Shown here in pieces: positions 53,181-64,000 of a stretch of DNA of 64,000 nt (position 1 is the stretch's first letter; every line of letters begins with the position of its first letter). The position numbers and the translations under genes are program-made. This DNA is from Eledone cirrhosa (Eukaryota), in the NCBI GenBank assembly GCA_964016885.1, contig OZ024750.1:38812001-38876000 (forward strand). The letters are read 5' to 3'. Under the pieces are notes generated by a model, which made no database searches, was not told the origin of the DNA, and saw only the letters and a list, made by a program, of their open reading frames with translations.

Positions 53181-55990
53181 GGGCCAGTGGTTGTCTTGGT
53201 ATTACTAATGTAGGAACAGATGTGACATGTGGGAGGAGAGGAGCCAGTGGTTGTCTTGGTGTTACTAATGTAGGAACAGATGTGATATGTGGGGGGGGGG
53301 CAGTGGTTGTCTTGGTGTTACTAATGTAGGAACAGATGTGACATGTGGGAGGGGCCAGTGGTTGTCTTGGTGTTACTAATGTAGGAACAGGTGTGACATG
53401 TGGGGGGGGGGGGGCAGTGGTTGTCTTGGTGTTACTAATGTAGGAACAGATGTGACATGTGGGAAGGGGCAGTGGTTGTCTTGGTGTTACTAATGTAGGA
53501 ACAGGTGTGAGATGTGGGAGGGGGCAGTGGTTGTCTTGGTGTTACTAATGTAGGAACAGGTGTGACATGTGGGAGGGGGCAGTGGTTGTCTTGGTGTTAC
53601 TAATGTAAGAACAGGTGTGACATGTGGGAGGGGGGAGCCAGTGGTTGTCTTGGTGTTACTAATGTAGGAACAGGTGTGACATGTGGGAGGGGGGATCCAG
53701 TGGTTGTCTTGGTGTTACTAATGTAGGAACAGGTGTGACATGTGGGAGGAGAGGAGCCAGTGGTTGTCTTGGTGTTACTAATGTAGGAACAGGTGTGACA
53801 TGTGGGAGGGGGGGGGACAGTGGTTGTCTTGGTGTTACTAATGTAGGAACAGGTGTGACATGTGGAAGCGGGGAGCCAGTGGTTGTCTTGGTGTTACTAA
53901 TGTAGGAACAGGTGTGACATGTGGGAGGGGGGAGCCAGTGGTTGTCTTGGTGTTACGAATGTAAGAACAGGTGTGACATGTGGGAGGAGAGGAGCCAGTG
54001 GTTGTCTTGGTGTTACTAATGTAGGAACAGATGTGACATGTGGGAGGGGGGAGCCAGTGGTTGTCTTGGTGTTACTAATGTAGGAACAGGTGTGACATGT
54101 GGGAGGAGAGGAGCCAGTGGTTGTCTTGGTGTTACTAATGTAGGAACAGGTGTGACATGTGGGAGGGGGGGGGCAGTGGTTGTCTTGGTGTTACTAATGT
54201 AGGAACAGGTGTGACATGTGGAAGCAGGGAGCCAGTGGTTGTCTTGGTGTTACTAATGTAGGAACAGGTGTGACATGTGGGAGGGGGGAGCCAGTGGTTG
54301 TCTTGGTGTTACGAATGTAAGAACAGGTGTGACATGTGGGAGGAGAGGAGCCAGTGGTTGTCTTGGTGTTACTAATGTAGGAACAGATGTGACATGTGGG
54401 AGGGGGGAGCCAGTGGTTGTCTTGGTGTTACTAATGTAGGAACAGGTGTGACATGTGGGAGGGGGGAGCCAGTGGTTGTCTTGTTGTTACTAATGTAAGA
54501 ACAGGTGTGACATGTGGGAGGGGGGAGCCAGTGGTTGTCTTGGTGTTACTAATGTAGGAACAGGTGTGACATGTGGGAGGGGGGGAGCCAGTGGTTGTCT
54601 TGGTGTTACTAATGTAGGAACAGATGTGACATGTGGGAGGGGGAGCCAGTGGTTGTCTTGGTGTTACTAATGTAGGAACAGGTGTGACATGTGGGGGGGA
54701 AGTGGTTGTCTTGGTGTTACTAATGTAGGAACAGATGTGACATGTGGAAGCGGGGAGCCAGTCGTTGTCTTGGTGTTACTAATGTAGGAACAGGTGTGAC
54801 ATGTCGGAGGGGGGGGGGCAGTGGTTGTCTTGTTGTTACTAATGTAGGAACAGATGTGACATGTGGGAGGAGGGGAGCCAGTGGTTGTCTTGGTGTTACT
54901 AATGTAGGAACAGGTGTGACATGGGGGGAGCCAGTGGTTGTCTTGGTGTTACTAATGTAGGAACAGATGTGACATGTGGGAGGAGGGGAGCCAGTGGTTG
55001 TCTTGGTGTTACTAATGTAGGAACAGGTGTGACATGTGGGGGGGGCAGTGGTTGTCTTGGTGTTACTAATGTAGGAACAGATGTGACATGTGGAAGCGGG
55101 GAGCCAGTGGTTGTCTTGGTGTTACTAATGTAGGAACAGGTGTGACATGTGGGGGGGGGCAGTGGTTGTCTTGGTGTTACTGTAGGAACAGATGTGACAT
55201 GTGGAAGCGGGGAGCCAGTGGTTGTCTTGGTGTTACTAATGTAGGAACAGGTGTGACATGTGGGAGGGGGGAGACAGTGGTTGTCTTGGTGTTACTAATG
55301 TAGGAACAGGTGTGACATGTGGGGGGGGCAGTGGTTGTCTTGGTGTTACTGTAGGAACAGATGTGACATGTGGAAGCGGGGAGCCAGTGGTTGTCTTGGT
55401 GTTACTAATGTAGGAACAGGTGTGACATGTGGGAGGGGGCAGTGGTTGTCTTGGTGTTACTAATGTAGGAACAGATGTGACATGTGGGAGGGGGCAGTGG
55501 TTGTCTTGGTGTTACTAATGTAGGAACAGGTGTGACATGTGGGAAGGGGCAGTGGTTGTCTTGGCGTTACTAATGTAGGAACAGGTGTGAGATGTGGGAG
55601 GGGGCAGTGGTTGTCTTGGTGTTACTAATGTAGGAACAGGTGTGACATGTGGGAGGGGGCAGTGGTTGTCTTGGTGTTACTAATGTAGGAACAGATGTGA
55701 CATGTGGGAGGGGTGGGGGCAGTGGTTGTCTTGGTGTTACTAATGTAGGAACTGATGTGACATGTGGGGGGGCAGTGGTTGTCTTGGTGTTACTAATGTA
55801 GGAACAAGTGTGACATGTGGGGGGGGGGGCAGTCGTTGTCTTACGTGTTACTAATGTAGGAACAGATGTGACATGTGGGAGCCAGTGGTTGTCTTGGTGT
55901 TACTAATCTAGGAACAGATGTGACATGTGGGAGCCAGTGGTTGTCTTGGTGTTACTAATGTAGGAACAGGTGTGACATGTGGAGGGGGGG
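53181..55990. repeat. ~52-62-bp minisatellite (~48 copies): constant core plus variable G-rich linker
   Basis: Core CAGTGGTTGTCTTGGTGTTACTAATGTAGGAACAG(G/A)TGTGACATGTGG followed by variable G/A runs. Confidence 0.97.
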
Positions 55991-56076
55991 TTAGTAAGAT
56001 TCTGAAAGGTGGCAGAGATTCTTAACTGTTTTGAAGGAGACGAGAAGTGTAATGAGATAAGCTGGAATGGTTATCA

Positions 56077-56080
56077 GAGA

Positions 56081-56111
<31 letters not shown>
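56077..56111. repeat. (GA)n microsatellite
   Basis: Direct reading. Confidence 0.95.
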
Positions 56112-56115
<4 letters not shown>

Positions 56116-56176
56116 AGTCTGGAAAGTGTAGGAGTCTGTGAGGTCCTGCAAATATTAACTCTAACCCTCTATTTCT

Positions 56177-56238
56177 ATCATCATCATCATCATCATCTAT
56201 CATCCATTTTACCACGATGACACGAGTCGGACTAACTT
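56177..56238 (-). mobile_element. Short RTE-type 3' tip with (GAT)n tail
   Basis: (CAT)n preceded on the minus strand by GTCCGACTCGTGTCATCGTGGTAAAATGGATG, resembling the RTE 3' stem-loop. Confidence 0.55.
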
Positions 56239-56463
56239 ATAAAAAAAACAGTCTTTGCTTTGCTCACCTCCCAGAAACAAGGAATAAACAAACTAACCAA
56301 TTATAAAGGCCAGTTCTAGCAGAGTGTAAAGAACCAAGACATACAACTATAGCGAGGAAAAAGTATCATTAGTTTCTCCCTCTCAATATCATATTTCTAA
56401 TGAAAGACACTGCCAGAATAAATACCACAAGGCATTTCGTCTGTCACTCTATTTTTTCCAGAA

Positions 56464-56657
56464 CCAAGTGCCTGACCATAAATCAGGACAGCTTGACCAG
56501 AAGACCACCAAATTCATGACCATAAATCAGAACAGCTTCACCAGAAGCACACCAAATTCATGACCATAAATTAGGACAGCTTGACTGGAAGCACACCAAG
56601 TCCATGACTATAAATCAGGACAGCTTGACCAGGAGCACACCAAGTGCCTGACCATAA
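56464..56657. repeat. 44-bp minisatellite, ~4.4 copies
   Basis: TGAC(C/T)ATAA at 56473, 56517, 56561, 56605 and 56649. Confidence 0.93.
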
Positions 56658-56746
56658 GAAAGTTATATCTATTAGCTTGATGAGTACCAAAAAACTTAAA
56701 TCACTATAATAATAGTACATTTTTCTACAATGGTGCTAATATAAGT

Positions 56747-57030
56747 GGAAGGGGTGTAGCCTAGTGGTAAGGGTGCTGGACTAATAATCATAACATTGCA
56801 GGTTCGATTCCTGGACTGGGTTGTGTGTTGTGTTCTTGAGCAAAGCACTTCATTTCACATTGCTCCAGTATACTCAGCTGAAAATGAGTACCAGCAATAG
56901 TTGGAGATTTAACCTTACAATTGACTGGTGTCCTGTCCAGGGGAAGGGAGTCTTATACTCTCAGTTGCTTAATGCAACAGAAAACAGGGTAAATACTGGC
57001 CAGATGAGCCCCCAAGCTCGAGAAAGACTT
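56747..57030 (+). mobile_element. tRNA-derived CORE-type SINE
   Basis: A box TAGCCTAGTGG, B box GGTTCGATTCC, CORE-like TTGTGTTCTTGAGCAAAGCACTT. Confidence 0.8.
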
Positions 57031-57152
57031 GGAGCGATAATTCAGTAAATTTTATAAATTGTTGACGCACTGGGTGATTATAATTTTGAAATGTGGGATT
57101 AGCAAGCATAGAAAATAACTGTAAGAGAGCCATAACTCTATACTGCAACATA

Positions 57153-57866
57153 TCCAACTCTCTACCAATACCTACAAAGCATGGTGTCCGACTCTCTACC
57201 AATACCTGTGGCACATGGTGTACGACTCTCTACTAATCCCTATGAAGCATGGTGTCTGACTCTCTACCAATACCTGCGACACATGGTGTCCGACTCTCTA
57301 CCAATACCTACGAAGCATGGTGTCCGACTCTCTACCAATACCTACGAAGCATGGTGTCCGACTCTCTACTAATCCCTACGAAGCATGGTGTCTGACTCTC
57401 TACCAATACCTGCGACACATGGTGTCCAACTCTCTACCAATACCTACGAAGCATGGTGTCCGACTCTCTACCAATACCTGCGACACATGGTGTCCGACTC
57501 TCTACAAATACCTACGAAGCATGGTGTCCGACTCTGTACCAATACCTACGAAGCATGGTGTCCGACTCTCTACCAATACCTACAAAGCATGGTGTCCGAC
57601 TCTCTACCAATACCTGTGGCACATGGTGTACGACTCTCTACCAATACCTGCGAAGCATGGTGTCCGACTCTCTACCAATTCCTACGAAGCATGGTGTCCG
57701 ACTCTCTACCAATACCTACGAAGCATGGTGTCCGACTCTCTACCAATACCTACGAAGCATGGTGTCCGACTCTCTACCAATACCTGCGAAGCATGGTGTC
57801 CGACTCTCTACCAATACCTGCGAAACATGGTGTCTGATGCTCTACCGATTCTGCCAACCCACCACC
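57153..57866. repeat. 34-bp minisatellite (~20 copies) derived from the S1 SINE head
   Basis: Unit AAGCATGGTGTCCGACTCTCTACCAATACCTACG compared with SINE AAGCATGGCGTCCGACCCTCTACCGATACTG; the array ends in the SINE 5' end (CTGCCAACCCACC). Confidence 0.93.
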
Positions 57867-57884
57867 CTTATAATAATAATATGA

Positions 57885-58000
57885 GGGAGGTGGAGTGGCA
57901 GAATCGGTAGTTCGTTGGACAACTTGCTTTGCAGCATAGAGTTACGACCCTTTACCCTCTGAGTTCAAATCCCATCGAGGTTAGCTTTGCCTTTCATCCT
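57885..58000 (+). mobile_element. S1 SINE 5' half
   Basis: TGGCAGAATCGG A box, GAGTTCAAATCC B box, ends at GCCTTTCATCCT. Confidence 0.85.
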
Positions 58001-58003
58001 TAA

Positions 58004-58025
58004 TAGTAGTAGTAGTAGTAGTAGC

Positions 58026-58070
<45 letters not shown>
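58004..58070. repeat. (AGT)n microsatellite
   Basis: Direct reading. Confidence 0.97.
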
Positions 58071-58072
<2 letters not shown>

Positions 58073-58210
58073 GGTTTTTGTCATTATTATAATTTAAATA
58101 CAAAACCACCTGAAACTGCGCCTGGTTATTTTAAAATATTTATATTTACTTAAACCCCAGTCATCATTTTATGTAAGAACAATTGTTAAGATATGTTCCA
58201 AAACACCGGT

Positions 58211-58727
58211 TTAATAATGATTTCTACTATAGGCACAAGGGCAGCAATTTGGGGAGAGGGGAAAGTCGATTAAATCAACCCAGTGTATTACTGGTACTTT
58301 AATAATGATTTCTACTATAGGCACAAGGGCAGCAATTTGGGGAGAGGGGAAAGTCGATTAAATCAACCCAGTGTATTACTGGTACTTTAATAATGATTTC
58401 TACTATAGGCAGAAGGCCAGCAATTTGGGGAGAGGGGAAAGTCGATTAAATCAACCTCAGTGTATTACTGGTACTTTAATAATGATTTCTACTATAGGCA
58501 GAAGGCCAGTAATTTGGGGAGTGGGGAAAGTCGATTAAATCAACCCCAGCGTATTACTGGTACTTTAATAATGATTTCTACTATAGGCACAAGGCCAGCA
58601 ATTTGGGGAGAGGGGAAAGTCGATTAAATCAACCCCAATGCATTACTTGTACTTTATTTTATCGACCTTGTAAGGATACAAGGCAAAGCTCACCTCAGCA
58701 GGATTTGAACTCAGATCGTAAAGGGCC
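58211..58727 (-). mobile_element. S1 SINE whose 3' 88-89 bp is tandemly repeated five times
   Basis: Units start at 58211, 58299, 58387, 58476 and 58565; the last continues into the SINE body up to the B box. Confidence 0.92.
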
Positions 58728-59039
58728 ATCATATAATGGAGAAAATTTATTATATTAGTAAATCCCTCAAATTCTTGATTATTTTCAAAATGATTTGAAA
58801 ACTATAGGAAATGTCTTTCATTTGAAATATAGTGACAAAAAGAGGGGGGGGGGTTAGTCTCAACACCTTGATTTAATTAGACACCTTTTTTATTATGAAA
58901 TCAGGGTGGGGGGGTCTCTTCTCATTTCACATGGGATGTACTAGTCTTAATTTTACAGCAGTCTCACCATTTCAGCACCACTACACCAGGGAATTCATAT
59001 AACTTCCTACTAAGACTTGTCTTAGAGCCAACTGATTAA

Positions 59040-59548
59040 CTGTTTATTCTTTTAATGGTTTCAGTCGTCAGACTGTGGCCATGCTAAGGCACCACATTAA
59101 ACGGATTTAGTCTATTATATCAGTCCCAGTACTTATTTTTTTCAAGTCTGATATTTATTTTATCAATTTCTTTCAATCATGGAATAAACACAGACACAAT
59201 CATAAACACAAATAAATACACACACATTTATATGGGCTTCTGCACAGTTTCTGTCTACCAAATTTCACTCACAAGGTATTAGTCAACCTGAGCGTATAGT
59301 AGATGACACTTACCCAAAACTGTCGACTGTCCTCGCCCACTTTGGGGAGGATGAGAGATGCCTTCTCTTGTGAAAATGGGTATAGCTTTCATTATGTAAA
59401 ATCTCCCCATTTTGCCTCATTTCTCCTCGTTTTGGGGCACATTTTTTCATGGTAGGTTGGCAGGTCTGCTTACCTAAGTTACCACAAAGTAGGAGCCAAG
59501 ACCATCTGGTTGTGAAACAAACACACTAACCACACAGCCATGCATGCC
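59040..59548 (-). mobile_element. Old tRNA-derived SINE(s) of another family, interrupted by a small insertion
   Basis: Minus-strand head GGCATGCATGGCTGTGTGGTTAG and body TTGTGAGTGAAATTTGGTAGACAGAAACTG..AGAAGCCC, similar to octopus SINEs I recall. Confidence 0.65.
59315..59468. mobile_element. Small non-autonomous DNA element
   Basis: CTTACC on both sides; imperfect TIRs CAAAACTGTCGAC / GTTGGCAGGTCTG. Confidence 0.55.
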
Positions 59549-59747
59549 AGCTTTTATAGGATCATATCAGCTATTTTTAGAAGCTAGCTGTACTTCCATG
59601 CTTTCCATTCAATACAGTAAAATGGGTGGCAGTGGGGTCCCTTGCCTTAATTTTATATATCCCTCAAACATTACTAATTTCGATTTTTTCTTTCTTTCCT
59701 TTGATTTAACAAAAGGGATCAGCCCTCGTCCAATGGTTTACCAGGTG

Positions 59748-60428
59748 TTTAGAATATTAATTAATTGCTTCTACTTTTGGCACAAGGCCAGCAATTACCC
59801 AGTGCATTACTGGTACTTTATTTTATTGACTCCGTAAGGATAAAATGCAAAGCTAACCTTGGCGGGATTTGAACTCAGAATGGAAAGGGCCGTAACTCAT
59901 GGCATGGCATCCGACCCTCTACCAATACTACCAATCCACCGACATATTTAGAATATTAATTAATTGTTTCTACTTTTGGCACAAGTCCAGAAACCATTCC
60001 AGTGTATTACTGGTACTATATTTTATCGACCCCGTAAACATGAAAGGTAAAGTTAACCTTGGCAGGATTTGAACTCTGAACATAAAGGGCGGTAATTCTA
60101 TGTGTCAAAGCATGGCATCCGACCCTCTACCGATACTGCCAATCCACCGCCATATTTAGAATATTAATTAATTGTTTCTACTTTTGGCACAAGGCCAGCA
60201 ATTATCCCAGTGTATTACTGGTACTTTATTTTATCAACCCCGTAAGGATGAAAGGTAAAGTTAACCTCGGCGGGATCCAAACTCAGAATGGCAAGGGCCG
60301 TAACTCTATACATCAAAGCATGGCGTCCGACCCTCTACCGATATTGCCAATCCACCGCCCTAGCAATCCACCAATAATAATTGTTTCTACTTTTGGCACA
60401 AGGCCAGCAATTATCCCAGTGTATCACT
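59748..60428 (-). mobile_element. Head-to-tail array of three full S1 SINEs plus a fragment
   Basis: TTTAGAATATTAATTAATTG + SINE at ~59748, ~59947 and ~60155; partial copy at ~60378. Confidence 0.92.
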
Positions 60429-60545
60429 AATGACAGGTAACTTCCATTGGAATTTATTGTTAATGTTTCTTGTAGAAACATGCCAAACCAGACCAGGCGG
60501 TGGGGCAGGTGAACTAGTTGCCATGGGCCTATGATTTTCGGTTAA

Positions 60546-60746
60546 GCCTTTAGCATTCAAACCTGCCATATCCGGCCAGAATCCTCTCACCTCTTTCTGT
60601 TTAAACTGGTTGCTCATACTTATGTTAAGGTATTGTTCTCAAAATAGATATCGAAATCTCGTAGATTCGATATTATGTGATATATTTATGTGAGATAAAG
60701 TGTTTACCATGAAGATACAATTAAATATATAGAGTAGTGTAAAGGG
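60546..60746. mobile_element. Second copy of the TTAA MITE, opposite orientation
   Basis: Reverse complement of 52855-53122; TTAA and TTAG flanks. Confidence 0.85.
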
Positions 60747-60892
60747 TTAGGGATGGGGTGGGAGAGGCTGTAGTCACCCCAAGCTCTAATTATCTGTGCT
60801 CTTACCTCTAAATATTCATAAGCCATACTTAAATCATTTGTGCTTAGCACTAATTTCTAAAATAGGTAATGAACAGTTTCAAATGGAGCCTA

Positions 60893-61840
60893 CATTTCAT
60901 ATCTGGCCTGGGTATATTACCAATTTGGGGCCACATGTTTCCTGCCACTTTTATAAGGTTTTTTTTTAGAAGGGGATGGGGGGGGGGGCTATCTTTTACA
61001 TCTGGCCGAGGTTTTGAGCATGTGTCCTGGGACTATTACAAGGTTTAGTGGAGGCAACATTTTACATCTGGTCTGGAACTATTACCAAATTTGGGACACA
61101 ATATTTTACATCTAGACTAGTTTTATTATCAGGTTGAGAGTGAGGCCTATATTTTACATCTGGCCTGGGACTATTACCAGCTTTGTGAACCTATAACAAA
61201 ATACTGTTATTTGTTATTTGTTACCATTTTGAAGTGAGCTCGCAAGAGACCATGTTAGGGTTGCCAGGCAAATGCGTCTGGCCGAAGGGCCAGGCTAATT
61301 AGAAGAGAGAGAAGCCAGGAGCCAAAAGGGCAAATGAGAGAGAGATCGCCCTGAATATCCCTTTTATAGGGTCCCAGGACGGAAGTGACAAAAAGGGTTC
61401 TGCCACCCCAACGGGAAGTAACTCCAGCTACTTCCTGTCTAGAGAGCGGTGATGTGAGTCATAACAAGGGAGGCAACTCTTGCTACAAACCTATATTTTA
61501 CATATAGCCTGGGACTATTACCAGCTTTATGAGCCTATATTTTACATCTGGCCTGGGACTATTACCAGCTTTGTGAACCTATATTTTACATCTGGCCTGG
61601 GACTATTACCAGCTTTGTGAACCTATATTTTACATCTGGCCTGGGACTATTACCAGCTTTGTGAACCTATATTTACACCTGGCCTGGGACTATTATCAGC
61701 TTTGTGAACCTATATTTCACATCTGGCCTGGGACTATTATCAGCTTTGTGAACCTATATTTTACATCTAGACTAGGTTCTTTATCAGGTTTAGAGTGGGG
61801 GGGGGGGGCTACATTTTAGGCTGGAACTATTACCAGCTTT
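60893..61840. repeat. 44-bp minisatellite (TATTTTACATCTGGCCTGGGACTATTACCAGCTTTGTGAACCTA), degenerate at the edges, interrupted by an LTR
   Basis: Period 44 at 61544, 61588 and 61632. Confidence 0.9.
61192..61487 (-). mobile_element. Solo LTR, 296 bp, probably Ty3/gypsy
   Basis: AACC TSD at 61188-91 and 61488-91; termini TATAACAA (for TGTAACAA)...TTGCTACA; TATAAAA on the minus strand at 61362-68. Confidence 0.75.
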
Positions 61841-61929
61841 GCATATGAGCAAAACATTTTCTTTGGCGTACTATTTTGATTCTTTAAATAAAGATCTGTA
61901 TCTGTAAAGAAATTGAGATAAGTCAGAAG

Positions 61930-62424
61930 ACTTTCTACGGAGATACTTACTATTGTGTAGGTAAAGTACTTTCTACAGAGATACTTACTATTGTGTAGGT
62001 AAAGTACTTTCTACAGCGATACTTACTATTGTGTAGGTAAAGTACTTTCTACAGCGATACTTACTATTGTGTAGGTAAAGTACTTTCTACAGCGATACTT
62101 ACTATTGTGTAGGTAAAGTACTTTCTACAGCGATACTTACTATTGTGTAGGTAAAGTACTTTCTACAGCGATACTTACTATTGTGTGGGTAAAGTACTTT
62201 CTACAGAGGTACTTACTATTGTGTGGGTAAAGTACTTTCTACAGAGGTACTTACTATTGTGTGGGTAAAGTACTTTCTACAGAGATACTTACTATTGTGT
62301 GGGTAAAGTACTTTCTACAGCGATACTTACTATTGTGTGGGTAAAGTACTTTCTACAGAGATACTTACTATTGTGTAGGTAAAGTACTTTCTACAGCGAT
62401 ACTTACTATTGTGTGGGTAAAGTA
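61930..62424. repeat. 38-bp minisatellite, ~13 copies
   Basis: Unit TACTTTCTACAG(A/C)GATACTTACTATTGTGT(A/G)GGTAAAG. Confidence 0.97.
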
Positions 62425-63583
62425 AATTAAAAATAAATCCAGATATCAGATGTTGCCTGACTTTGAGACAAAATCCATCAGTCTTTTAAAACAACCACTG
62501 ACAATAAGTTTGTTGTCATTGTTTGCTGGCTCGCCTTACTCAAGTATATTAGGTGAGGGTGCTTGGCTATTCTAGCAGCTTAGCCTCGCTATCACTGGTG
62601 ACGTTGCATTCACTGCTGTATAATTGAGTGGGCCTGTCTTTTCCTGTTTTATTTTATTTTCTTTCATTTTTTTCCTGTTCAATTCCTATTGAGTTGTTTC
62701 TTTTGTAAATCATATCCTTATATAAATTGTGAAGGTTTTTTTTATAAAAATAAAATACATCTTTTAATTGGTATTTCATTCTGAATTCATCACAGCAAGT
62801 ATAGTCACAAAAGATTTATATTTTGTTAATATTTTGTTGTTCATATTTGATGTGAGACCGTATGTTGAAACTAAAACAATAATTATGTAGTAGAAAAGTC
62901 ATTTTACCATAGTTGTACATGTCTGATGACTTGATCTGTGACCGTGTGGTGAAACTAATACAATCGTGGAGCAGTCATTTTAGCCATTAAAAAAAAAAAA
63001 ATCATAAAAACTGTTAAATTCACTTTATATTTATTTCCTGCTGTCAAAATTTTCGTCGGCTCTGGTTACTGATACAGTCCCACAAAGCTTCAAAAGAAAA
63101 ACAGGTTTTCCAGAGAGGAAGAGGTTTGGAAATATAACCAAACTAAAATCATTTCTTTCTCGTTTTCACCTGACTTCTAATTTAGATAATGAACACAAGC
63201 AATAGTTGTATAGTTGTTTACGTTTATCATTTGTTTCCCGGTGTCAAATTTTTCGTCGCACTGTTTGCGACCTGGTCACTGACTCAGGTATCTGATATTT
63301 AATAGGTTCGTTTCTATTTTTTAACAGACAACTTCTTGCCTAAGATCTCAATAGACCTTGTACATGCTTCCATAAAAGTCTACCTTTGTGAAGAGACAGA
63401 AAGAAATTCTTTTATCGTTCGTTAGAAACAAGTTACGTATGCATAAATTATATTTTAATGTTATTAAAATTTCTTTGTGTATCTTCAATTAATTTTTCTT
63501 CCTTGTCAATACCCACTGAAACGTACATGTTATAACATTTTCATATTTGCTTCTTCTTAAACCAGTTTTTTAAACTCTTTTTC

Positions 63584-63591
<8 letters not shown>

Positions 63592-63646
<55 letters not shown>
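63592..63646. repeat. (TA)n microsatellite
   Basis: Direct reading. Confidence 0.97.
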
Positions 63647-63724
63647 TAGATTAAAATGGATTAGAATTTTTTCTTCTTTTCGTGTTACTATTTTAGTAAA
63701 TAAAATACTTTGTGGTATTAATTT

Positions 63725-63890
63725 CAGCTCTTTACGTTCTAAGTTGAAATCAAGCCATGGGTCATATTTAACTTTCAACCTCCCGGGGTCGATACAATGA
63801 AGTACCAGTCATATAGTGAGGTGGGGGACGATTTAATTGACCCTGCTCTCCATCATTACTGGCTTTCAGACTAAATTTAAAATAATTATT
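63725..63890 (+). mobile_element. Diverged S1-like SINE fragment
   Basis: CTTTCAACCTCCCGGGGTCGATACAATGAAGTACCAG matches the S1 central domain. Confidence 0.7.
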
Positions 63891-64000
63891 ATTTTTAATA
63901 AATGTTTTGTTTGTTTTGTTTTTTTAATCATAAAATATATTCGATATATTTTATATAACTAAAATATAAAAAAATCTCTTCTAAAATTAAATATTCAGAA

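Noticed and set aside
53181-55990. CRISPR-like repeat/spacer look and Cys/Gly-rich ORFs
   Set aside because: Linkers are short recurrent G-runs, not unique spacers; no cas genes; eukaryotic context; frames shift with run length
56750-56820. tRNA gene
   Set aside because: A and B boxes run into a CORE-like SINE body, and the acceptor stem does not close
57181-57910. 143-197 aa repetitive ORFs
   Set aside because: All three frames are open through a 34-bp SINE-derived repeat, which is a translation artefact
62460-62650. Possible exon in a more GC-balanced patch
   Set aside because: Only short frames, poor acceptor context and no recognisable peptide
62920-62972. CTGATGA...GAAAC hammerhead
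   Set aside because: Helices I-III cannot be paired

Overview
Gene-free, repeat-saturated metazoan DNA. The SINE and RTE families resemble those I recall from octopus/cephalopod genomes (inference). Bases 1-42183 are one satellite of ~1620 26-bp monomers with higher-order duplications. The remaining 22 kb holds a near-intact RTE-clade LINE (APE endonuclease + RT with a PHD-like finger inside the RT), followed ~90 bp later by a perfect 399-bp palindrome whose arms carry a Penelope-type hammerhead-like motif. After that come a three-level nest (mariner inside one RTE inside another RTE), tRNA-derived SINEs (three of them amplified into tandem arrays), TTAA MITEs, a solo LTR and several minisatellites. 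No host protein-coding gene is supported.
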